Shown piece by piece: positions 56,205 to 64,000 of a stretch of DNA of 64,000 nucleotides (position 1 is the stretch's first letter; each line of letters opens with the position of its first letter). The stretch spans positions 320,001 through 384,000 of the forward strand of contig CAWCNJ010000008.1 in assembly GCA_963796955.1 (NCBI GenBank), in the 5' to 3' direction. Source of the DNA: Endomicrobiales bacterium. Lineage in GTDB: Bacteria > Elusimicrobiota > Endomicrobiia > Endomicrobiales > JALOBY01. A program made the translations under genes and the position numbers. The notes under the pieces are model-generated. The model had not been told where the DNA came from. It saw only the letters and a list, made by a program, of their open reading frames with translations, and did not search any database.

Positions 56205-57353
56205 ATGATGATGAAAACGCCGGCCTGGCTGAAAGCCTATCTGATGCTGGTAGCGGTTGTTCTTCTGTTCCTGTTGCAGCCCTCGGGCGGCACGTGGGCA
56301 TGGCTGCACAATGTACGCTGGCTGTACGTATTCATAGTAGCCTTCCTTGTCACGCAGCTGCTGGTGCCTGTCTCCATAAAGATCGCCTGGCGCTTCGGGA
56401 TATTGGACAGACCCGGCGAAGCGCGCAAACTGCAGGACCATCCAATACCGCGTATCGGCGGCCTTGCTATATTCATCGCGATAATTATCGCCGTAGGAAG
56501 GAACTTATATTTCTCGCCCCAGCTGCAGGCTCTCATGATAGCCGGCTGCATGATATATATCGTCGGATTTTTTGACGATATACGTCCCTTAAGCGCAACA
56601 TTACGCCTCGCGATACAGTTGCTTGCCTGTTTCATAGTGGTCAACAGCGGTATACTGATCACCTCCGTCCCTGACTTTCCGGGGCACCATTACATACAGG
56701 CGCTGGTAACGGTTATCTGGCTGCTGGGCATGGCGAACGCAATAAATTTTCTAGACGGGATAGACGGTCTTGTTTCCAGCATGAGCGTGGTATGCGCCCT
56801 GTTGTTCTTTGTCATAGGCTGGCACACAAGACAAAGTTACCTTTCGTACCTGACTATCGCCATAGCGGGCGGCTGCGCGGGCTTTATACCCTATAACTGG
56901 CGGCCGGCGACCGTTTACCTGGGTGATGCGGGCGCCACTTTTCTCGGCTTCATGCTGGGCGGGGTAGCGGTGCTGGGTTCCTGGGGACATAATGACCCTA
57001 TAGTCGCTGTCTCCACCCCTTTACTGATCCTCGGTATACCGATCTTCGATATGATCTACACGACCGTGGCCCGCATCAATAATGGTTGTGTTAAAAATTT
57101 TAAACAGTGGCTGGAATACGCAGGCCGGGACCACTTTCACCACCGGCTGATGAACCTGGGGCTTAATGTTCCTCAATCCGTCTTCTTTATACTGCTACTG
57201 AATATATGCCTCGGCCTCGGCGCGATCGTGATGCGCGGCACGAACACAACGCACTGCGTTCTGCTGGGCGTGCAGGGCGTATTGGTATTTGTTATAATTG
57301 TTGTCCTGATGGTCCGCGGCGCCGAGACAGCGCGCGGTTCTGACGGAGAATAA
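56205..57353 (+). CDS. MraY/WecA-family undecaprenyl-phosphate sugar-1-phosphate transferase
   Basis: IPRIGGLAI, GFFDD, NAINFLDGIDGL, YNWRPA..YLGDAG, PIFD, DHFHHRL. Confidence 0.9.
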   Translation: MMMKTPAWLKAYLMLVAVVLLFLLQPSGGTWAWLHNVRWLYVFIVAFLVTQLLVPVSIKIAWRFGILDRPGEARKLQDHPIPRIGGLAIFIAIIIAVGRNLYFSPQLQALMIAGCMIYIVGFFDDIRPLSATLRLAIQLLACFIVVNSGILITSVPDFPGHHYIQALVTVIWLLGMANAINFLDGIDGLVSSMSVVCALLFFVIGWHTRQSYLSYLTIAIAGGCAGFIPYNWRPATVYLGDAGATFLGFMLGGVAVLGSWGHNDPIVAVSTPLLILGIPIFDMIYTTVARINNGCVKNFKQWLEYAGRDHFHHRLMNLGLNVPQSVFFILLLNICLGLGAIVMRGTNTTHCVLLGVQGVLVFVIIVVLMVRGAETARGSDGE

Positions 57354-57390
57354 CTGAATTTTTAAACGTCTCTCCCTGGAGGTAGCGAAC

Positions 57391-58689
57391 ATGAAGACCT
57401 TTGTGCTGGATACCAACGTACTGCTGCACGACCCGGAAGCGCTGTTCGGTTTTGAAGATAACAGGGTTGTGATACCGATAACGGTTATCGAAGAATTAGA
57501 CGGTTTTAAACGCCTTACCGACGAGCGCGGGCGCAGCGCACGCATGATCTCGCGCCGGCTGGATGAATTTCGCAAATGCGGCAAGCTTTCGGAAGGCATA
57601 AAGATGAAGAACGGCGGCACCTTCAAGATAGAGTTCGAGGCGCACGGTGAAGCTATACCTGATTTTGTCACCTCAAAAGCCGACAACCGTATTCTCGGCA
57701 TCGCGCTTTCCATAAAGAAAACCAACGGGCCGGTGTACCTTATCACCAAAGACATAAACCTGCGCATAAAAGCAGAGGCCCTGGGCCTTGAAGCGCAGGA
57801 CTACGAGAGGGAAAAAGTAAAGATTGATGAGCTCTACGTCGGCTGGCATGAAATGAAGGCCACCGTTGAGCAGATAGATTCTTTTTACAAAACCCAGAAG
57901 ATGACGGTCACGGAGGATTTTTATCCAAACGAGTTCGCCATTATCAAAGATATCGCCGGCTCCTCAAAAAGCGCGCTCGCGAAATACAGTTCCCAGCAGA
58001 AATGCCTTATCCCGCTGTTCCACACCAACGCCCAACCGTGGGGCCTGAAGCCGCTTAACACCACGCAGCGCTTCGCCATAGAACTCCTTCTGTGCAACGA
58101 TATCAGTCTGGTAACGCTGGTCGGTGTTCCGGGCGCCGGTAAAACGCTGTTGGCGCTTGCGGCCGGCCTGCAAAAGACGATAGAAGAAAAACAGTTCAGG
58201 AGACTTTTCATCGCTCGCCCGATCATACCCGTGGGCCGCGATATCGGCTTCCTGCCGGGATCGAAAGACGACAAACTGGCCTCCTGGATGGGAGCTATTA
58301 CCGACAACCTTGAATACCTTATTGACAAGAACACACCCGACGATAAAACAAACGAAAAGATCCAATATCTTTATGACACCGGCAAGATAGAGATCGAATC
58401 GCTTACCTACATCCGAGGCAGATCGCTGCCCAGCCAGTACATCATTATCGACGATTCGCAAAACCTTACGCCGCATGAGATCAAGACCATCGTTTCGCGC
58501 GCGGGCAAAGACACAAAGATCGTGCTGACCGGCGACCCCTACCAGATAGATAATCCCTACCTGGATGCCTCATCTAACGGCCTTACCTATCTTGTGGAAC
58601 GTTTTAAAGGCCAGGAAATGTTCGGCCACCTTAACTTCCCCAAGAGCGAACGCTCCAAAATGGCGGCGCTTGCATCGGAGCTGTTATAG
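57391..58689 (+). CDS. PIN-PhoH fusion protein (PhoH2/YlaK-like)
   Basis: PIN motifs FVLDTNVLLHDP, VIEELD, DNRIL, TKDINLR; PhoH motifs G.PGAGKT, GFLPG, YIRGRS, SQNLT, GDP.QID; GGAGG RBS. Confidence 0.9.
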   Translation: MKTFVLDTNVLLHDPEALFGFEDNRVVIPITVIEELDGFKRLTDERGRSARMISRRLDEFRKCGKLSEGIKMKNGGTFKIEFEAHGEAIPDFVTSKADNRILGIALSIKKTNGPVYLITKDINLRIKAEALGLEAQDYEREKVKIDELYVGWHEMKATVEQIDSFYKTQKMTVTEDFYPNEFAIIKDIAGSSKSALAKYSSQQKCLIPLFHTNAQPWGLKPLNTTQRFAIELLLCNDISLVTLVGVPGAGKTLLALAAGLQKTIEEKQFRRLFIARPIIPVGRDIGFLPGSKDDKLASWMGAITDNLEYLIDKNTPDDKTNEKIQYLYDTGKIEIESLTYIRGRSLPSQYIIIDDSQNLTPHEIKTIVSRAGKDTKIVLTGDPYQIDNPYLDASSNGLTYLVERFKGQEMFGHLNFPKSERSKMAALASELL

Positions 58690-58690
58690 A

Positions 58691-59533
58691 ATGGCTGAAC
58701 GCACCGCGGACTTACATGTCCATACCAACCTTTCGGACGGTACATTTACACCCGAGGAAACGGTACAATACGCGAAAAGCGTCGGTCTGAGCGCCATCGC
58801 TATCACCGACCATGATACCACTGAAGGTGTTGCACGGGCGATCATTGAGGGTGAAAAGCAGGGTATAGAAATAATACCCGGCATTGAACTTTCCTGTGAG
58901 ATCTCGGCCAGCGGCTCAGGTGAAATGCATATCCTGGGCTACTATATCGACTGGAAAGACGCCACCTTCCAGGGCTTCCTTACGGAGTTTCGCCAGGCGC
59001 GCCACACCCGTGCGCTGAAGATAGTTGAAAAGCTTGCCAACCTGGGCGTCACCGTTGACCCGGCCAGGATATTCGAGATCGCGGGGGAAGGCGCCGTGGG
59101 CCGCCTGCACGTGGCAAAAGCACTTATTGAAGAAAGCGTTGTCCCGAACATCGAAACGGCCTTCGGCAGATACCTGGGCATAGGCAAAGCGGCCTATGTC
59201 CCGAAAATAAAGTTGGAGCCGGAAGAGGCGATCGGCATGCTGCTGAAAATAGGCGGCGTGCCGGTACTGGCGCACCCCTACTACGCCCACTACAGCGATG
59301 AAACCGTTTTACAAAAACTCGTCGACTCAGGTCTGAAAGGCATTGAAGTCTGGCATACCAAACATCCCAAACACGCGGTTAAGCGTTTCCAGGAAATAGC
59401 CGAACGCTACAACCTTATCTCTACCGGCGGTTCAGATTGTCACGGCCCTTTCGGCGAACAAGGTGCCATCATGGGTCACCTGAAGATCCCTTACACCGTA
59501 GTGGAAGATCTAAAAAAAGTCAAGGCAGCCTGA
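58691..59533 (+). CDS. PHP domain phosphoesterase (TrpH/YciV-like)
   Basis: DLHVHT..SDG, AITDHDT, GIELS, HILGY, GR.H.A, LAHP, GGSDCHG; start reassigned to ATG 58691. Confidence 0.9.
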   Translation: MAERTADLHVHTNLSDGTFTPEETVQYAKSVGLSAIAITDHDTTEGVARAIIEGEKQGIEIIPGIELSCEISASGSGEMHILGYYIDWKDATFQGFLTEFRQARHTRALKIVEKLANLGVTVDPARIFEIAGEGAVGRLHVAKALIEESVVPNIETAFGRYLGIGKAAYVPKIKLEPEEAIGMLLKIGGVPVLAHPYYAHYSDETVLQKLVDSGLKGIEVWHTKHPKHAVKRFQEIAERYNLISTGGSDCHGPFGEQGAIMGHLKIPYTVVEDLKKVKAA

Positions 59534-59545
59534 AAGCCCTGGTTT

Positions 59546-59574
59546 TTGCCTAATTCCTTCAATTTTTGTATTAT
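59546..59574 (+). promoter_or_regulatory. Putative sigma70 promoter for nadC-birA-rex-rnf
   Basis: TTGCCT-N17-TATTAT, 9 nt before ATG 59584. Confidence 0.5.
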
Positions 59575-59583
59575 ATGGATATA

Positions 59584-60462
59584 ATGAAATCCCCAAATGA
59601 TCGTATTGTCTCGGGCGTTATTTCGCTCGCCCTTAAAGAAGACGCGGTTCTCTGTGATGTTACTACTCTGCCGGTCATAGGGTCCAAACGAAAAACCAGC
59701 GCACGCTTTTTAGCAAAACAACCGGGGGTGGTCTGCGGCCTGAATTTCGCGGCTAAAGTTTTTAAGACACTGGATCCGCGCGTTACCACAAGGCTGCTGG
59801 TAAAGGATGGGGCGCAGGTAAAAGCGGGTGATGTGCTGGCAGTAGTCAAAGGCCCCGCCCGAGCCATTATTTCGGGTGAGCGCACAGCCCTTAACTTTTT
59901 GCAGCACCTGTCCGGTATAGCAACCTGCACCCGGCGGTTCGTTGACGCGGTCAAAGGAACCGGTGTTAAGATCTATGACACAAGAAAAACCGTTCCCGGC
60001 CTGCGCGTACTGGAAAAATACGCGGTTGTCTGCGGCGGCGGCACGAACCACCGCATGGACCTTGCCGCAATGGCGATGCTGAAAGACAATCATCTTGCCT
60101 TAATGGACGGCTCCTCAAAGTATTCGTTCTCCGAAAACCTTTCCAATGCAGTTCGCGCTATCAGAAAGAAATATCCTAAGGTCAAAGTAGAAGTGGAATG
60201 CGACACTATCCAACAGCTGAAAGATGCCCTGTTAACAAAACCCGACGTGGTGATGCTGGACAACATGCGACCGGCAGAGATACACCGGGCCGTAAAAATA
60301 GTAGACGGCTTCAAGCCCAGACCTTTGATAGAGATATCAGGCGGCATAAACCTGAAAACCGTTCGAAAATTCGCCATAAAGGGCGCGGACTATATTTCGG
60401 TCGGCGCTATAACGCATTCAGCGCCCGCGCTGGACATTTCGCTTGACATCGGTGACTGGTAA
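59584..60462 (+). CDS. nadC: Quinolinate phosphoribosyltransferase (nicotinate-nucleotide diphosphorylase)
   Basis: ERTALNFLQ.LSGIAT, DTRKT.PG.R.LEKYAV..GGG.NHR, MLKDNH, EVE, MLDN, SGGI, ISVGAITHS; start could be 59575 or 59584. Confidence 0.95.
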   Translation: MKSPNDRIVSGVISLALKEDAVLCDVTTLPVIGSKRKTSARFLAKQPGVVCGLNFAAKVFKTLDPRVTTRLLVKDGAQVKAGDVLAVVKGPARAIISGERTALNFLQHLSGIATCTRRFVDAVKGTGVKIYDTRKTVPGLRVLEKYAVVCGGGTNHRMDLAAMAMLKDNHLALMDGSSKYSFSENLSNAVRAIRKKYPKVKVEVECDTIQQLKDALLTKPDVVMLDNMRPAEIHRAVKIVDGFKPRPLIEISGGINLKTVRKFAIKGADYISVGAITHSAPALDISLDIGDW

Positions 60463-61457
60463 TGGAACTGCTTAAGATATTGGAAGAAAATAGATTCGTT
60501 TCAGGTCAGCTTATTGCCGAGAAGCTCTCCATTTCCCGCGCGGCGGTGCATAAGCAGATCGGCTGCCTGCGGGCCAAAGGGTATAAAATAGTCGGCCACA
60601 GAAATCTCGGCTATTGCATTGTCTCAAAGCCCGACGCGCTAACCCCCGACGAAATAAAGGCATTGCTGCCCGCGCAATGCGTTATGGGCAGAAAAATACT
60701 TTGTTTTGACCGCATCGCCTCCACCCAGCTTAAGGCCAGGGAAGCTGCTGAAAACGCCGAAGAGGGTACCGTTATAATCGCCGAGGAACAAAGCGCCGGC
60801 TTTGGCCGCCTGGGCCGCGAATGGCACTCAGGCAAAGGCGGGCTATGGTTTTCAGTGATCTTAAAACCGGTATGCGCACCTTCAAGCGTGGCGCAAATAC
60901 CACTGCTGATAGCGATCGCACTTTGTCGGACGATCGAGAACAAGTCCGCGCAGAAAGCTTTGATCAAATGGCCGAACGATGTCTATGTCGACGGAAAAAA
61001 AGTTTCCGGTATTATTACTGATATGGCTGCCGATATAGACCGTGTGCACTGGGCGGTAGCCGGTATCGGCTTGAACGTCAACAATGAGATACCGGCCGAT
61101 CTTCAGGGAACCGCCGCATCCCTTTCGATGCTCTGTTCAGCGAAACAGGAAAGGGCGGCCTTGCTTGCGGCACTGCTTATTGAACTGGATGCCGTGTATA
61201 CTGAGTTTACCAAAAACGGCTTCAGCGGCTTTGGCGGAGAGTTTACCGACCGCTCCTTGCTGATTGGCAAAGCGATTACCGTTCATAGCGCGGGTTCAAC
61301 GCTTAAAGGAACCGTGAAAGGCTTCACCGCCGAAGGCGCGCTCCTGCTGGCCACCGGCTCCAGAATTGAGACGATACTGGCCGGCGATGTGACGATAGAA
61401 AAGCCGGCAGCCGAAAAGACCCCGGCGCAACCCTCCTTATTCGGAGATACATTATGA
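60462..61457 (+). CDS. birA: Bifunctional biotin--protein ligase/repressor
   Basis: N-terminal HTH SGQ.IAE.L.ISRAAV.KQI..L; AEEQSAGFGRLGREW, IKWPND, KKVSGI, GIGLNVN. Confidence 0.93.
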   Translation: MELLKILEENRFVSGQLIAEKLSISRAAVHKQIGCLRAKGYKIVGHRNLGYCIVSKPDALTPDEIKALLPAQCVMGRKILCFDRIASTQLKAREAAENAEEGTVIIAEEQSAGFGRLGREWHSGKGGLWFSVILKPVCAPSSVAQIPLLIAIALCRTIENKSAQKALIKWPNDVYVDGKKVSGIITDMAADIDRVHWAVAGIGLNVNNEIPADLQGTAASLSMLCSAKQERAALLAALLIELDAVYTEFTKNGFSGFGGEFTDRSLLIGKAITVHSAGSTLKGTVKGFTAEGALLLATGSRIETILAGDVTIEKPAAEKTPAQPSLFGDTL

Positions 61458-62077
61458 AACGGAACGAGAAGATACCGCCCCGCGTCATACCGCGGTTGTC
61501 GCGCTATTACCGCATTTTGCGCGAATACGACCAGAAAACCTGGATATCTTCGCGTGAGCTTTCTCTGGACACCGGTTTTACCGATGCACAGATACGTCGT
61601 GACCTGGCCTATTTCGGCCAGTTCGGCCAGGCGGGCAAAGGCTACATCATTGAAGAACTTAAAAAAAGTATCAAAGCGATCCTGGGCCTCGATAAACAAT
61701 GGAAAGTATTGCTGGTCGGCGTCGGCAACCTTGGCACCGCGCTGCTGCGCTATAAGGGGTTCCGGGAACAGGGTTTTGAAATAGTCGCGGCCGTTGACGC
61801 GGACGAGACTAAGTCCGGCAAGGTGGTCAATGGCGTCAAGATCTACCCGTTAAACGAGATAGCAAGCCTGGTAAAGACCAAAAACATTCAAATGGGCATA
61901 CTGACCGTTCCCGAAGAGGTCGCGCAAAAAGCCGCCGAAGCGGTGGTTGCCGCCGGCATTCGATCGATCTTCAATTTTGCTCCTATTCATTTGAAGCTGC
62001 CGCCGCAGGTGCAGGTTCGCCATATTGACATGACCATTGAGCTGGAAAGACTTTCATTTATGAGCTCGCGGGACTGA
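61454..62077 (+). CDS. rex: Redox-sensing transcriptional repressor Rex
   Basis: RLSRYYR, SSRELS, QIRRDLAYFGQFG..G.GY, VGVGNLG.AL, ILTVP, NFAP. Confidence 0.95.
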   Translation: MKRNEKIPPRVIPRLSRYYRILREYDQKTWISSRELSLDTGFTDAQIRRDLAYFGQFGQAGKGYIIEELKKSIKAILGLDKQWKVLLVGVGNLGTALLRYKGFREQGFEIVAAVDADETKSGKVVNGVKIYPLNEIASLVKTKNIQMGILTVPEEVAQKAAEAVVAAGIRSIFNFAPIHLKLPPQVQVRHIDMTIELERLSFMSSRD

Positions 62078-62087
62078 AAAAAATACC

Positions 62088-63392
62088 ATGGCAAAAAAGA
62101 TAAAGCTCTACCCTATAACAGGCGGTATAACGCCACCGTTCATTAACCCCTCTGATGTAGGTATTGAAACACTGCCGCTGCCGAAACGCGTCGTGCTGCC
62201 GCTGGTCGATACTTTTGGCCGCAAAGCGACACTTACCGTCCGTTCCGGCGACAGAGTTCTTACCGGCCAGGTAATAGCCGAATCTACCGGTAAAACAGGC
62301 AATCCTGTTTGCGCCTCGCTATCGGGAACCGTATCGATCGAACCATTTCTGCACCCGCTCTTCGGCTGCCCGGTTGAGTCCGCCGTGATCACTTCAGACT
62401 CCTTGGACCGGGCCGCGCCGCCGCAAAAGACCAGGGGAGACTATTACCGTTACCCTGCACCCGAATTGATAACCGCCATACGTAATGCCGCTATTACCGG
62501 CTACGGCGGAGCAGCCCTTCATGACCAGCTTACGGAAGGGTGCCGCCATGAAGCCTCTGTGCTTATTGTTGACGCGACCGACGCGGAACCCTACGTCTTT
62601 GCTGAACCACGGCTCCTTATCGAGCGGGCAAAGGACGTAACGGACGGCATTCGCGTACTGATGTATATACTTGATGCCTTTAAATGCGTGATAACCGTTA
62701 CCGCGCAGACAGCGCAGACGGCAACCGCGCTTAAAACTGTTTTATTCGACGAGCCTAACATTTTTCTAGCAACCCTGCCGCGCGTTCACCCGACGGGTTT
62801 TTCGCACCAGCTTATCAGAGCTGTTACCGGTGCGAAAACAATTCCTGTACGCGGCGGTGCCGTTTTCATAACGCCCTCAGCGGTGATCGCCGTCAATGAT
62901 GCGATAAAAGAAGGCCGGCCTGCCATAAGCCGGGCAGTCAGTCTGGGCGGTAAAGGTCTGTCAACGTTCAAAACAGTACTGGTTCGCAACGGCACGCTGC
63001 TGTCTGATATAATGGCTTTTGCCGCCGGGAAAGATGACGACCTGTCCATGCCTGTTGCGGGCGGTCCCTTAAGCGGCAAAACCTTACCGTCGCTTGAAGT
63101 ACCTGTACTACCCGAAACCGCGGCTATCACGTTCCTTTCAAAAGATGAGCTCAGTACTACGCCGTCAAAACAATGCGTTCGCTGCGGCGCCTGCGTACGG
63201 ATATGCCCGGAATCAATTAACCCGGCTTTGCTCAGCGTGTCGGCCCAGCATAAAGACTGGCGGGAATTTGCACGGTACCGTCCGGATGCCTGCACGGAAT
63301 GCGGCTGCTGCGCCTATGTGTGCCCCGCAAACAGGCCCATAGTCCGCCAGATCCGCGAAGGGAAAACCCATTCGCAAAGAGACAAAATATGA
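62088..63392 (+). CDS. rnfC: Divergent RnfC/RsxC electron transport complex subunit
   Basis: N-terminal barrel-sandwich V..GD.V..GQ.IA...A.LSGTV; EPY motif; SLBB VRNGT, GGPL.G; two [4Fe-4S] motifs CVRCGACVRICP and CTECGCCAYVCP. Confidence 0.8.
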   Translation: MAKKIKLYPITGGITPPFINPSDVGIETLPLPKRVVLPLVDTFGRKATLTVRSGDRVLTGQVIAESTGKTGNPVCASLSGTVSIEPFLHPLFGCPVESAVITSDSLDRAAPPQKTRGDYYRYPAPELITAIRNAAITGYGGAALHDQLTEGCRHEASVLIVDATDAEPYVFAEPRLLIERAKDVTDGIRVLMYILDAFKCVITVTAQTAQTATALKTVLFDEPNIFLATLPRVHPTGFSHQLIRAVTGAKTIPVRGGAVFITPSAVIAVNDAIKEGRPAISRAVSLGGKGLSTFKTVLVRNGTLLSDIMAFAAGKDDDLSMPVAGGPLSGKTLPSLEVPVLPETAAITFLSKDELSTTPSKQCVRCGACVRICPESINPALLSVSAQHKDWREFARYRPDACTECGCCAYVCPANRPIVRQIREGKTHSQRDKI

Positions 63393-64000
63393 GCCATCAC
63401 CATAAACGCAAACCGGTACAGGGAGACCTGTTCATACCGCACCAGGCCGAGCCGCATAAGCCAGAGCCGGGCAAAACAGAGCCGACACGGACTATTGAAC
63501 CTGAGGTCACACTGAAGACAGTGCCTCCCCATGTTGTAAAAGAAATCTTCAGCACAGCGGTCTGGCCATACATTCACAACGGCTCGTCGACAAAAGAACT
63601 GGCCTTTGTATGGCTTGCAGCCCTGATACCCGGGTTCGCCATTTACATTTACAGCGGTACCGCGCATCTAGCAACGGCTCTGTGCGCGGTAGCAGGAAGC
63701 GTCCTGGCAAAAATAGTGTGGCAAAAAATGAGTTTCGTTGAAAATGACCGTCCGTTCGTTCACGCGGTTTATAACGGGCTTCTGGCCTCATTGTTAATAC
63801 CGCCGGACATACCGTTATGGGTTACCTTATCCGGCATGATACTTGCCGTATCACTGACGAACGCCGCGTTATACAAGCTGCATGCGCGCTTAATCAATCC
63901 GGCGCTTTTGACCGGAGCGGTACTGTCATTAATATATCCCGCCAGCTTTCAGGCGATGCCGGCTATCGGCATGCCGCTGCTGCTGGCGCTGGCAGTCGGC
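63389..64000 (+). CDS. rnfD: Divergent RnfD/RsxD-like membrane subunit, 3' end outside window
   Basis: Not in the ORF track. ATGA overlap with rnfC; translates MSHHHKRKPVQGDLF...WPYIHNGSSTKE...AALIPG...AVYNGLLASLLIPPDIPLW...INPALL...YP, matching the RnfD layout; open to the window end. Confidence 0.75.
   Translation, partial: MSHHHKRKPVQGDLFIPHQAEPHKPEPGKTEPTRTIEPEVTLKTVPPHVVKEIFSTAVWPYIHNGSSTKELAFVWLAALIPGFAIYIYSGTAHLATALCAVAGSVLAKIVWQKMSFVENDRPFVHAVYNGLLASLLIPPDIPLWVTLSGMILAVSLTNAALYKLHARLINPALLTGAVLSLIYPASFQAMPAIGMPLLLALAVG

Noticed and set aside
57391..58689. PIN domain as the toxin of a toxin-antitoxin or defence system
   Set aside because: It is the common PIN-PhoH fusion, with no adjacent small antitoxin gene.
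59534..62087. Rex operator (TTGTGAA-N4-TTCACAA) or BirA operator near nadC, rex or rnfC
   Set aside because: No convincing palindrome found by eye in the short intergenic gaps.
347..63791. Numerous short alternative-frame and antisense ORFs in the ORF track (e.g. 11270-12028, 47131-47844, 54712-55362)
   Set aside because: They lie within or across well-supported genes and show no recognisable motifs; shadow ORFs.

Overview
Bacterial chromosomal segment, almost entirely + strand. Elusimicrobiota-like is a tentative inference from the giant FN3/Ig-repeat protein, YPNP-type C-terminal sorting domain and PorV/PorQ-family gene. Four blocks. (1) 1-20780: the 3' part of one giant surface-protein gene, about 6,900 codons in the window with its start upstream. 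It is split into three ORFs by single-base homopolymer indels and built from ~32 copies of a ~113-aa Trp-rich Ig-like repeat, two kinds of FN3-like repeat, a duplicated Trp-rich propeller-like domain, two lamin-tail domains and a C-terminal PQQ-type propeller. (2) 20796-27067: a secreted PQQ-propeller protein with a T9SS-type C-terminal domain, a PorV/PorQ-family barrel, a nucleotidyltransferase and a convergent ABC-2 exporter. (3) 27209-57353: a ~30-kb Wza/Wzc/Wzy/Wzx polysaccharide locus with an AMIN-Wza fusion, a membrane-anchored CBM48 protein, many glycosyl- and methyltransferases, an AsnB-GT9 fusion, WbqC, an ExeA-like ATPase, a PIG-L deacetylase and a WecA-like initiator. (4) 57391-64000: PIN-PhoH, PHP, nadC, birA, rex and a strongly divergent rnfC/rnfD pair. 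Best candidate for a new system (inference): a T9SS-like export/anchoring module for a giant adhesin, coupled to a glycan locus able to make an aminoacylated, amidated anchor sugar. No rRNA, tRNA, CRISPR or mobile element was recognised.
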